Shown: piece by piece, positions 34,246-46,808 of the stretch
Layout: the number at the start of each line of letters is the position of its first letter
Position numbering within the stretch: the first letter of the stretch is position 1
DNA from: Daphnia carinata
Lineage: Eukaryota
Assembly: GCF_022539665.2 (NCBI RefSeq)
Contig: NC_081332.1
Span: 744,001 to 808,000 of the forward strand
Length of the DNA: 64,000 bases
Direction: 5' to 3'
Translations under genes and position numbers: made by a program
The notes under the pieces: generated by a model
What the model saw: the letters and a program-made list of their open reading frames with translations, nothing else
Database searches by the model: none
Told to the model about the DNA's origin: nothing

Positions 34246-35173
34246 GAGAAGACAAGCACAATAGGGGAAGGAAGCTCCGTTGCCAAGTAAAACCTAATTG
34301 AAAACCCAAACTTATTTTATTTTATTGTAAATCTGAAGAAACTCTAAATAAATAAATATGTTCTTAGTAAAAATATAGCGCAAATAAAATTTTCATAATA
34401 ATTAATTTTTCACCGTGACGTTTTATAAAAATGAAAGTTATTTTAGTTTGTACCACTATTACATTAACGCTATTGACAATCCCTAAAAACAGCAGTCCAT
34501 ACAAAGAAGAATCTGAGAAGTAGACTTGGTTACATTATGATTCATTAATTTTATTCATTATTCTTATTTTACGTTAAAGCTGATCTACAAATGATAAGCA
34601 GCAACTTTCGATTTGTTTAAATATAAATATTAAAAAATACACAATCGTTTTCGGTAGCAATCCATTGAATCTACCCAATGCTTACATGTCTCAAATTTCG
34701 CGATTAAAATTATATTTGACTTATTTATCAGTTTTTTTTTTACTATTTCATAGAGGCCTCTTTCAATAACAAGGCAAACTCCTCATCACGTAACCGATTT
34801 CGCAATCAAATGGTATCTTAACACAGTGAAAAAAACACAATTTAAAGTCGTTCCCGCAGCATTTTATTAGGACAGACAGATTGAAATCATGACAAGCCGC
34901 CCAAGAATGATATATTAAACAAAATTAGCAAACAAAGTTTTTTTTGATAGTTGATCTTGATTTGTCGTTATTTTCTTTTGATGAAAATTTGCTGATTAAA
35001 ACGACTCAATAATAATTCTGAGACTGTTGTTGTTGTTTTTGCTGCTGTAGGATGTGAGAAACGTTCAGGTTTCTTGAGAATGATGAAATGTTGCTATGGA
35101 AAATCCAAGTTTTCCCCGGATAGAGCTTTAATTAGTATTATGAACAAGAATTGTAATTCCTAAGTAGGCGTGT

Positions 35174-35799
35174 TCATATGTCGTTAATGTCGTCATCTTC
35201 GCCGGAACCAGAGTCGTCGCCGAATTCGATATCATCGTCTAAGCCGTCGTCGACAAAGTTGACAGTGTCTGTGACCTTCACTGAATCTGGGATTTCACCG
35301 TAGGTCTTCAAGTTACGGGCTTCATCAGCATTGTACTTGAGGATAACGTCAGCTTTGGCATCTTGGTAGTCTCTGAGACCGACCAGAATAATATCTCCTT
35401 GATTGATCCAGACCTATTTAAAAAACAAACATAATTGAGAATGAGCAAAATGTTTAGAAGGGTATCAAACTCGAGACTGACCTTCTTTCTGAGCTTCCCT
35501 CTGATGTGGCAAAGTCTCTTGATGCCATCAAAGCACATAGCCTCCAACCTGCCGTTTCCCAGCATTTTCGTCACTTGTGCGTACTCTTGGCCATCCTCCT
35601 TGAAGATCAATTCTCTTTTCTCGGCTTCATTCTCGTTCTTTCCCCTCCTACGATTTTTACCTCCCTTACCTATTAGACACAAAAGGGATGAAGAGAAAGT
35701 AAATGCCAAATCAAAAAACCAATCCAATAGCCAAATCTACTTAAAAAGATGTTCACGTAACGCGCTGAATATTGAAAACTCACCTTTATTCTTGGGCAT
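35174..35799 (-). CDS. eIF1A: Translation initiation factor eIF1A (3 exons)
   Basis: [86 protein letters not shown], then an acidic tail and TGA. Confidence 0.98.
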
Positions 35800-36079
35800 G
35801 TTGAATCTCGCTGTGAAAACTTATAAAAAGCAGAGATTTCGACACACACATATGTCTCGCCACGCCAGTCACTTTACAATGGACGTGAAAAAGGAAGCAA
35901 AAAGGAATGAAACACTTCTGCCTGACGACGACATGGTTGCCATATCGCGTACATTAAAACATTTTTTTATTATGTTTTCGATTTTTATATTTTTATTACT
36001 ATTCGAACATACGGAGGTATAATTCATTTTAGAGCACGAAAATAGCGTGCAAAAAATAGAGATATTCATGCATACACGA

Positions 36080-37891
36080 TTATAGGATTCGATCCCAACG
36101 CCAAACTGTCGCGTCATCACACACGCAGAGCAATACGTGCCCATTACGACTGAGTGCCGTCTGTCGAATGGCCGTAACGCATTTTGGATGTGTCAAAACT
36201 AAATGGCGAGATGCCATGGGGTCATCAGTATCGAGATCCCATACAAAAGTCTTGCCAACTTGATTACCTAACGCCATAACCTGTATTTCAAATGAACATA
36301 ATTAGACTAGATTTTTTAAATTAACGTGAAGTCGTAGCTAAACAAGAGTACGTTGAATTACGAGCTATTTAGATATATGAAAACCAAAAATTACTTTGTT
36401 CCACGAATCCAACGAGAATCGCATGAACCAGATGTCACATTCGCGATAGTCGAACCGGTGAAGAACCGTTACTGCATTATTGTTCATGACTCGAATTCCA
36501 TTGTTTGCCAAACGGCCAGGTCGCCAACAAACGATGGTATTTTCACACGACTAGACGGTGAAGACATAAATGGAATTTAGATGTTGTCGGATAATTTAAG
36601 GCAAAGCACGAAAAGTACCTTGGAGAGGACGAAATCGCCGAGCCAGCGGACGCAATCGACGTAATTCCTGTGGATGTCACGAGTGGAGAAATTGGGGAAA
36701 TTTTCCTGGACGGTGGCGAACGGCCTGGAACTTTTACTGGGCGCGAACGTGTAGGAATCGCCGATAGCTTTCTCGATGGCGTCCGTGTCGAGTCGCCAGA
36801 ATTTCAGCGAGTGATCCATTCCGCACGAGATAACCCGGCGACCCTCCAGGTCGAAATCGGCGCTGAGCACTTCGTCCCGGTGCCCTTCGACACCGCCGAA
36901 AATGGCGATGCACTGATCGGTTCGAATGTTCCACAGTCGAAGTGCGTGATCCTTGGAAACGGACAGAAGCAAATTGGGGTCGGTCGGGTGGAATTTCAGT
37001 TCGTTGATGGCGTGTCCGTGACCTTTTTTTGAAAATCGCAAATGAACCAAAATGCATTTTGTGCCTGAGAATTCTGTGAATGCCAGTTAATGTCTGTAGT
37101 TTTGAGTATTTTTCTCCAATTTTATGAGTTCTGGAATCAGGTGTGTAACAGTAATTTGGGTACCATCTGGAATACATACCAACATAATGCTTGATGCTGC
37201 TCATTGTGGCTGGACTAATTATTCGAACAATGCCCCTGGAGCCGGCAGCTGCCAAAATGGGTTTCCCAGATTCTTCATCATAGGACCAAGCACAGGTGTA
37301 GAAGTTTTCTTCTGGCTATTGAGCACATGATCATCAACGATTGAAAAGAATGGAAACATATCCCAAGGTACCTACATCAGGGTCTGCATATGTCTGAAGC
37401 AGCTTTATCCCACCAGTTTCAGGGCATTCATAAACTGATATCCTGTGGCTGCCAACTGTGGCAAAAACAAGTGGTTGGCCCTCTCTAAGTAAGTGGTTGA
37501 ATTGTACACCAAACAAAGGTTGGCCATGATCCTCTTTGATGAAAGAACTAACAACTGGAAAATTAGATGTGATAGTCAGGAATGATAAAGGATGTGATCA
37601 ACAACCTAAATTTGTAGTTGATTTTTGGAATTTTAGAGCCCTTTTTTCTGCCAGGTTTGCCACGTTTTTTGGGTTTCAAAGTCGGAGTGTCACTTCTCGA
37701 GGCAGTGTCCAACGTGGAAGAACTGCCTATGCTGCTGGCAGTATCTTCCTGTGATGATTACCAAAAATTGAAGAATAAATGTCTTTGACTTGTTTATTAA
37801 TGCCATATTTTAAAGAACATACCATATCGTCTCCTGACAGGTCGGCATTGTCGATGGATTCAGCTTGTTCGGTGGATCGTTTCGATGTCAT
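36080..37891 (-). CDS. esc: Polycomb PRC2 WD40 subunit EED/esc
   Basis: [116 protein letters not shown] and DDATVWRWD. Confidence 0.96.
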
Positions 37892-39609
37892 AATACAACT
37901 AAGGAATTGTTTCACACACCTGAAAATGCAGCTCTAGGAATGTTAATGTAATATTGTGTCTTTTTAGTTATTTATTTGTAATATTCTTATTATTGGCCTC
38001 GTTGCGTTTCGAAAGAGACTATAAACAATGCCGACGATGCCTTCCCGCCTAGATTGTCCCTCTTTTGACAAGTATCGGAACTATGTGTTAAGAACATATT
38101 TTTTTTTCTAAAAAAATATACACGCGTGCGTGACCAAGAAAGAAAGATCTTGTCAAGCGAAACAAACACTTTGGACCATATGGTCGAGTTACAAAGGATG
38201 TGTAATGATTTGAGCAAATATAATATCATTTATTTAAGGAAACGTTTTTACGATTGGTGCAGAGTTACACGGCCTTCTTTTATTATTGCGGAATCTAAGG
38301 TTGCAGTTGCCTTTTCGGTGGTGAAATCTGAAGTCTTTTTCCGCCATGCAAACGGGGAAAAAAGGGAGCATTGAGGGTGAAAATTGCAGAAAAGAGAAGC
38401 TAAAAATAGAGCCAAACTTGGTGGAAGCAGGGCGGAACGAGAGCCGTTTTGTATCAGTAGTTTTGCACTAAAAGCATTCAGTTTTTCCAGGAAAAATAAA
38501 GTGTCATGAACTAAAACTGTCACTGGATGGCAGAAACGCTATGGTATTTCTTTGTTTTCTCTTTATAGTCAAGAACGTTTTCGTTTATGGATGTGACAAC
38601 CGGTTCAGCTACCACCTAACGGCATCTGTGTGCAACTTTTGCAAACCACCTTGCCGAGGGGGAGGTGAATAGAAACCGCCAAAGTTAAGATGCAGAAACG
38701 TGCTTTTAATCTTCTTGATCGCAAAGAAGCACCGGTTTGTTTTTTCAAGGTCAAAAATGTGATTCAAAATTTTTAAGTAAAATGAAACCAAATATAGAAA
38801 TTCTCAATTTTATTGTTCCACCGAGAAAAAAAAAAAGTTACACGAACGAGAAATGATTTTCTTCCAATAGTGGTAGTATAAACATTGACGACAAAAATAA
38901 GCCGTTGATATGGCTAAATTAATAATAATTTCTAGCAAAAAATGTCTTTTTATATTCTAAGGACTTTTCTTTTGTGTATGTTTTTAGCTAGAAAAGAAGA
39001 AATAAAAGAGGAATTTCATTCAGCTGCTGATTTGGCTGAGAGAATTCACGTGAAATAAACCAAAAAAAAAAATACTAAAAAAATAAACAGGTTTGTACTT
39101 GGTCCGTAGCGCCACGCTCAACTAGAGGCCCCGCCCTTTTTCCCGAAAAGCGGGGAGCCTTCTTCACAACACGCACAACCTGCTGTTCGACACAAACAGC
39201 AAATTCTTGACATTCAAACGAACTTGAAAAATCTCATTCCTCACCAAGGACAAACACTTGATCGCTATTTGATAATTATTGTATAAGAAGAAACAATGGA
39301 GTTTTTGTCGTCACGAAGAAGCTCTACATCATCATTACCTCATTTTAATAGCAAAAAAATGTGATTGGTCGCCTATATATTTTTTCATTGTCTCGCACTT
39401 TGCAGACACTAGAAAATATGTGGCTAAAAATAATTTTCCACAATTTTTTTTTTTTGAATCCTGATTTCTTTTTTTCTGCAAGATTCTTTTCATGGGGAAG
39501 GGGGTATTAGGTGTAAAATTATCAACCTAAATTGTATCCTAACTCTCGATGCTTTTTTAGCCTATTCCGTATTTTTTTTTTTTTGTTTTTAATTAGCAAT
39601 ATTCCAGTG

Positions 39610-41907
39610 TTAAATAGTGGGAGGTGTGGCGATGGCGTGTTGTTCCCGACCGGAAGATCGAAAGAGCTGGAACACGCTAGGCAGTGGCTTAACAAAATGG
39701 TGATCGTGACTGGCGCAGTGAGGACACGATAAATCGCGACTGTACTGCGAAAAGTTCTGGTATCTTTGCTCCGGCTGCACCACTAATCCGCTGCATTGAT
39801 TACACTAACCCAAAAAATGCATTTTAACATCTTATTAAAAAAAAAAAGGAAAAATGAAAACATACCCTGAGGCGTTCGGGGCAACATGGAGTGCCAGCAA
39901 AAACGTCATAAGAGTACAATGTGCCGAGAATAAACGAACCGCCGTTCCACGGCGTCCTGCACGACCGGCATCGCAACGTGCACGTCCAACCCTCCAGACA
40001 CGACTTAAAAAAATAAATAAATAAAATAAAAAGTTGATGTGAAACTAAAAATAATACACTCACCATGCAAACAGCGCTTAAATATTGCTGACGTCCTTCC
40101 GAAGTCACCTGTAATATTTCAAAAACAAAATCGTGATAACACACGAGTTAAAGGCGGAGCTTTAGAAAAAAAAAACGTGAGAGCTAAACCGGTTAAAAGC
40201 GGATCTGCACAAAATTGACCTTGGCCAAGCTACGCAACAATCCGCGTCTGAGCCATTACTCCACGTGCCGTTTCAATTCTAATTTACTATCGTCGGATCA
40301 ATATTTTGTTTTTCAAGGTCACTTTGAGAGCTTTCTCATGCACGCATGACTAAAAGGAAAAAAGAAAAAAGAGACTTACGGGAATGCAGGCCTTGGAGTA
40401 CTGCTTGGGCGAGAGGAAGAAGGTGCCGTCAATGAGCGGATATCGGTCGTAAATCTGCATCGCGTTCTGGCAGACGACGCAGAACGTTTTCGACATTTTA
40501 GCTGTGGCTAAATTTGACAAAATGAAACAACGAATATCATCGTTGCCGTAGCTGCCCTCATCTTCCATCTAAAAAATAAATTGAAAGAATTAACATTTTT
40601 TTTTATTTTTAAATAGAAAAACAAGAAATGCCGGTGCTAGTGTTCCAGTTCATTCACATTCGTCTCAATTTACAAAAGGGCGAACTTTGCTCGCAGGCGA
40701 TAACCTTTAGTCGAAAATGGTAACATTTTAAAACTGTGTGGGCTGGCAAAATTCCTTTTCAAATATCTGTGAGGAATGAGTCTGTGCCCTAAGAGGGCAG
40801 GTAACGTTACCATAGCGACAAGAGCCCCCACGTGCAGAAGAAATTTTTTTAGCCCTCCCCTCCCCACACATGACCTTGATACCAAAGAGGAACCCTCCTG
40901 TCTATTGCGACCCAGGCAGCGAGGGGAAGGCCATGACTGACTGACTGACTTACTTTAATGTGATAAGAGTTGAGCTTGTGGCGTGGTAACGCATTGAATG
41001 AACTAAAGTTGGCCCGATGAACAAAAAGTCCACTATTTCCCGATCCCCGCCTGCGAATTTCCAAAACATTTAAGTACAAAAAAAAACAAAAACAAAAGAA
41101 TAAAGTTAAATACCTTTCACGTTCGTTGGTGCTACTCGTTCGTTTATTCTTATTATTGCTTAGCACAAAGACGGGCGCACCGTTGCCATTAGCTCCCAAT
41201 GAAGACGAGGCGGCTGTTTCTGGCGGCGAACTCGAACCCGAAGAAGAAGCCGTCGAGCCCGTCGACGACAGACTATTGGCTCGATGACGCATTTGATTGT
41301 TCATCATCAGCTGGGCGGCACTATTATTGCTACTATTACTGCTACTACTGGGTTTAGGATGCACAGCTTGCGAGACAACTGGCAATTTCGCCAATGATTT
41401 ACGGCCGCGTTGCTGTCTGTTCTTTTGTTGTTGTTGTTGTTCTTCGCCAACAACAGCCGTTTCAATTGCCAACGGTTTCTTTGCCGGCTGCCATTCGCAA
41501 TCTTTGCGCAAATGGCCGCGTCCGCACATGCACCCGCAGGCCTGTAACATTTTCCAATTTTTGATTCGTTCGAGAAAAATAAATAAAAACAAACTCACCT
41601 TGTAGGCCAAATCGTATCCTTTTTTGGTCCACAAATTCTGACATCGCTGACGCTCCGACCAGCTGCGGGCGCGGCCGCAACTACGCAAATAGTGCAAAAT
41701 GGACGATTCCCACTGGTCGAAGCACTGGCGATGCATCAATCCACTGGACGTGCAAAGCTCGTTATTGCACAGCACCTTGACAGCATCACATTCACCGTCT
41801 TCAGACAACTCGTTGTCGACTTCTCTCGATGTTAGGCCGCCGTCAACGAGCGACAGGCAGCCGGCCGGTGTGCAACATTCTCCATTTTGAATCGACTTGT
41901 TGGGCAT
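39610..41907 (-). CDS. hdc: Headcase protein (HECA), 7 coding exons
   Basis: MHRQCFDQWESSIL..GRARSWSERQR.QNLWTKKGYDLAYKACGC.CGRGHLRKD; FSSFNALPRHKLNSYHIK|MEDEGSYGNDDIRCFILS; YDRYPLIDGTFFLSP; WNGGSFILGTLYSYDVFA..PCC.ERLRC; CPHC...HFVKPL. Confidence 0.96.
40732..40932 (-). ncRNA. Candidate structured intronic RNA (H/ACA-like layout) in headcase intron 3
   Basis: A 12-bp stem GGCCTTCCCCTC/GAGGGGAGGGCT is followed by AAAAAA (fits ANANNA), then a second domain closed by GTGGG/CCCAC and immediately followed by ACA. It is a GC-rich island in an unusually long intron. Confidence 0.35.
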
Positions 41908-44900
41908 TTCTTGTCGACTTTCTTATTTCTCATACAAAACAAAACATTTGAAACTAACGGCACTTTAAGTTAACAACAACCTTTGTCAGTGATCTGCGCA
42001 TGATCACCAACAGGAAACTCACTTTTTTTTTCTTTCTATTTCGAAAAGAGGGGGGAAAAAAGGGGGAAAGGGGGGGATTTGGCGTTTCCGACGGATGGCG
42101 GCTGCTGTGATGTTCACCCAACAGCCGATCGGCAGAGACTGAAGAACATGAGGCTGGTCACGTTCACCATCATAGTAATTCGTCCTTCTACCAACGCCAC
42201 CTGGTGCAAGAAATTTTCAATGTTTCTCGACATTTCTCGATGAAACCTTTTTTCGGCTTTATGAGACTTTGTGCTATTTAAATTAATTACACACAAAGTT
42301 GATTTCAATGTGTAGTCGAGAAGAAAAAAAACGTTCGTTGCAAATAAGCACATTGTGTGCGAAGTATTTTTGGCGAAAGAATGGCCGTTGCTGTGCCAGG
42401 CCAGTGTTATCACTCGTTTCGCACTTATTTCTCATTGGCGGATGCAGAAACGTGTCTCACTCGCACACTACGGCAATAATTGTCACGACACGATTAATTT
42501 TTTTTTCTTTTTTAATACAAAAAAAAAAAAATGGCGCCGACAGGAAATGTGGCGAATACGAGGGGGAGGACAAAATTTCAACTGTTTTTTTATCGTGTTT
42601 TTACCGGGAACGTAGAATAATGTGTTTTTTTTGTTTTCCCCCCTTTTTTTCTTTGCTGTTTAGTTAGGGCCTACATTTCCGGTTGTCGCCATTTTTCTGC
42701 AAACTTTCAGAGCACACAGACCGGTTAAAAAAAGTATGCACACAGAGTTGAATTATTATTCAGATTTAAACGGTCTTGACCTAGATCAATGTCGGTGAAC
42801 GTGTAAAAGTTCATTGGACTACTTTTACTTCTCCTCCACGTGTTGATGTGGTTTACATTCCAACGTATTTCTTTTTCTTATTCTATTTTGGAAGAACATT
42901 TTTCAAAGAGGTGTTTGCTCTATTATAGAAAAAAAAGTACAACATGCAACCGTTCGTGTTTTGTTATTTGTTGTATAGTATTTTCTGTGCCGGACGCCAT
43001 CTGCTGAACGTTCGTGTTGGTCTAATTTGCATAACGAATGGCGTCAGACACGAGTATACATCCAACTTATTGTATTGTTCATTTAACATAATCCTGCCAA
43101 CGTAATATACCCCACGTTTTCAACCCTTTTGAATAGACAAAAGTTTTTAGCAAAAATCCAAGTCTGTTTTGGGTACCCAAAAATAAAAGTTTTGGAGGGA
43201 GAGCGAAACAAACAGCCACTCTGCGTGAATTGAATGTCAAATGTTGGCATGACATCAAACCGGCAACAAAACAAAAGACTATCAGTTCGAAAGAGTTTGA
43301 TTACCATTACCACTATTGCATTTGTTTTGATTGATTGACACGAGATTAGACAGAAAACATCAATTCGTTTCAACACAGCCGACCATCGCTGCAAGGATGA
43401 AAATGAGTTTTCCTTTTCTTTTCGAAAAAATAATATGTTTATGATAGACCTGTTTCTAGACGGACATTGAATACGTTTAAACAAGTTTTTCTATTTAAAT
43501 GTGTCGTTTGGAGAACTTTCCCGAAAGGTGAAGAAATACCAACGCGATTGTTAACGCTACGTAATCAGAAATTTTCAAAAATAAGACAGTGAACTTTATG
43601 GGAAATTGCCCAACCGACATAGCTCATTGAACGGATTTGGACGAATTTAATTTGCATAAGGAGCGAAACGAACGAAGAAAATAATCAAATCATTTTGGGA
43701 AAACGGTTTTACTTCTTCGTCGCACGAGGGGGAGAGGTAGGGTAGAACAGACTCGATCCCCCTCGGGCAATAGCCCTGATGATGAACAAGACGAAAGAAG
43801 AAAAAAAAAACGCCACGTGGAAAGGACCGCCCCCTTTTCGGGTCTTCCCTACCTCTACTTGGATATGTGCGTCGTAGTATTTCTCGCCCAGTTCATTTAT
43901 AGCCGGGGTGGGGGAGATACGAGCGCCACGTGGAGGCGATCGTTGCAACTATCGATTTTTTTTTTTGTTTTTCTTTTATTTATATATTTTTGTATGTTCC
44001 ATTCTTTGTTGGGGTGTGGGTTATATTTTACGCCTTTTTTCTTATCCTCTTCGAAAGTTCGGCACGTGGAGTCCTCACAATTCCCGAAATGACGTCACCG
44101 ATTTCTTTTACAATCAACCTGTGGATAAAGACAATTGCTGTTGAATACGGAACTATTATGTTTCAAAAATCTGAGAATGCGGAAACCTTTGTATTAAAAA
44201 CCATATGGAAAAAGAATGTTGATATATTTTTTTTGGTAACTCGTATTCCCCGACCAAAAAGTTGTTATAAAAGAGGGGGGACGGATGCTGGTTTCAATTG
44301 TATTGAGCAAGGCCCAGAAAAGGGGGAGCCGGTGTCATGGCTGCCTGTCTATACCGGACAATTCCCATCCCTCTTTCTATTCTAGTCTATAATAAATGTA
44401 GGCCTATAGTAGGAAAACTCTGAATAGGATCGATATTTTAAAAACCGGTGTGTTTCTATTTTCATTCTAGACAGTCTATTGGATGACGAGTCTTTTTTTA
44501 AGGAAATAAATGGAAAATTCTAGTTTTTATCGGATACCGAACCCTTCGGCACGTGTAGACGGACACACACTGATATCACCCGGCCGATTTGGAGGGCAAA
44601 TCTTAAGCTCGAGTCTGGGAAAAAGAGAAGTAAAATGCATATCTTTAAGGGAAAAACAAGATTCATTTGTTTGTATTTAATTTCTTGAACTATCCGTAGG
44701 GGGAGACTATAGAATGTCTCATACGATCGAGGAGTTGGTGGTTCTCCGTCATTGAGGTACATTTTCAAAGTTTCATGAATTTCTAATGAATCGGATGCCT
44801 CACGCTATTCAAACTTCATGTGTTGCGCGTACAAATGCGTAGAACTTTTAACTATTTGACTTGCCCCAGGAGAAACTTTTGTGTTTGTAGAGGGCCTCCG

Positions 44901-45714
44901 TTGTTAGATACAAGGGTCTGGGAAAGTTTACAAGAAAACTCCTTCGAGAACACACCCCACACTGACTGGCTATTACCGTCTGGCAAGGGCAGACTCTCTC
45001 CTCCTCCTCCTCCCTTTGTCGTAATAAAGAAGAAAAGTTTGGCATTTACCCCAAAAAGAGAAGGGGAGCCTCAGGGAAATTTCTTAAAAAAAAAAAAATG
45101 ACATGTGCCTTTATCAGTGTAAGCCATTGGTTAACCTATTACTGAACGCTTTCTTTTTTATCTTTTGCGTTGGACATTTTTTCTGTTTAATTTCTATTAA
45201 ATTTGCTGAAGCGACCGTTAGACGGCGTTTCATTGTTTTCCGTTTTTAGCACTAGATGGAAAACAGGTATTTTGCAACTCCCGCAATGTGTCCAGTAGAT
45301 TTTGCTGTGAAATTTAATTACCTGCTAATAAAAAAGAGGCATTTTGTTTTCTCCTGCCTGTATGATTTCGAACCCCAGCGAGTCTTAATTCAGTCGGAAC
45401 GGGGATGAACAATTCGACAGTTGTTTCGGTTAAAATAATATTCTTGTAAATTTTTCCCTGTCCAGATGGCCACAGAAACACTGTGAAAGTTAAAATGATC
45501 TATAAAAATGGACAATGCATATAGATGATGGAATAACTTGTGAAGAAATTCTTTCCTTTTTTCTCGTTGAAATTTTCCGAGACAGCTGCCAGTGTAGGGG
45601 AGCCGTTGGCCGTCCCAATGGTAGATCGGTGTCAGATTACAAAGGCCGACATCCCTTCCTAAATAGAAAATCCTGTATACAGCGGACGCTTCCGGCGTTA
45701 TCTTATCAACTATA

Positions 45715-46808
45715 TTTTCAGATTAACAGTCTCAGTGTAGAAGCAACTGTGTACCTTGGCATTTGTGGGTGTCGAAGACTGGATAATAAATACATTCATT
45801 GCAGAGAAATGGCTAACAGTTTGCAACCAGGCTGTTAGAATCAAAGAGTCTGAATAAAAGAAAATACAATCAAATTTATACATTAACATTTGAATTGTAA
45901 ATGTTAACTACTTGAATCGTTAATGAAGCCCACTTTCTCCATTGGGTGCCCTTTGGTATAGCAATATCTTTAAAAGTTCACGCAGGAAAGATGTTTGACA
46001 GAATTCTTCTGATTTAGGAACTACCATTTGCAGTTATCTTGAATAACTTTACAAAACTGCAAGTCCACTCAGCAAAACGTTGGCAAAAAAATTACAAAAT
46101 ATAAATTAATTTTTCCCTACCTACTGGTGCTAAGCAAATGGTTGCTGAACATAAACAGTGGGATTATTTTCATTACCGAGTCATTTCCTTGTAAACCGTG
46201 AAACAAAAAGGTTCATAGCGTGATTTTAAATGCTTATTCTTTTTTCTGTCACATTTTCATTTGACTTAATTCATTACAAGCTGTGGTGTTGACCACTACA
46301 TGGCGTAGCACTTCACTCACTTTCCCCCGCCAGATGTCACTGTTTGGCGCCCCATTCAAACTGGTTGCACAGAACTTGATCTCGGCATGTCAAGTTCTAT
46401 AGCCGTGGTTCTATACGACACCGCCATTACGCCCCGGTATTTGATAGCGCCAATATATTTAGTAGATGCCAATTTATTAGAGCAATCTGGCGGTCCAAAA
46501 CTGTCATATACCGAAACATACTGGCGATTAAGTAAGGAATGCCATCTCGGGAACTTAAAGCGTGTAGCTCAAGTTGTTTTGCATATGTTACTGTTCCTGA
46601 TGTACTTCATGCCAGTATTTTACGCCCGGAGAATTCCAACCTTATAATCTTATCTTCGTCGTAGCTCAAGGTAACCCGAGCCATTTCCCGTCACTGCGTA
46701 CTTGAGCAATCATCTTTCATTTAATCTATGCAATATATAGTTTAGTCCATGCTAGCAGCGCTTTTGGTATTACTTGAGTTTCCTGATCGTCTTCTTCTGG
46801 TGTTCAAA
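45715..46808 (-). repeat. Repeat X, copy 1 (degraded coding-like sequence of unknown family; this copy appears to continue upstream to about 47920)
   Basis: Direct repeat of about 62625-63695 and inverted repeat of about 54655-55712 (compare ORFs 46387-46647 and 63329-63592). The minus frame reads as a stop-interrupted protein (..QETQVIPKALLA..RKxLGLP*..KFPRWHSLLNRQYV..). Confidence 0.8.

Noticed and set aside
39610..41907. Drosophila-style stop-codon readthrough in headcase
   Set aside because: The spliced frame as traced contains no internal stop, so no readthrough is needed.
42100..45100. Many short Phe/Leu-rich ORFs upstream of headcase
   Set aside because: They arise from poly-T/A tracts in a likely UTR, intron or regulatory region, with no coding signal.
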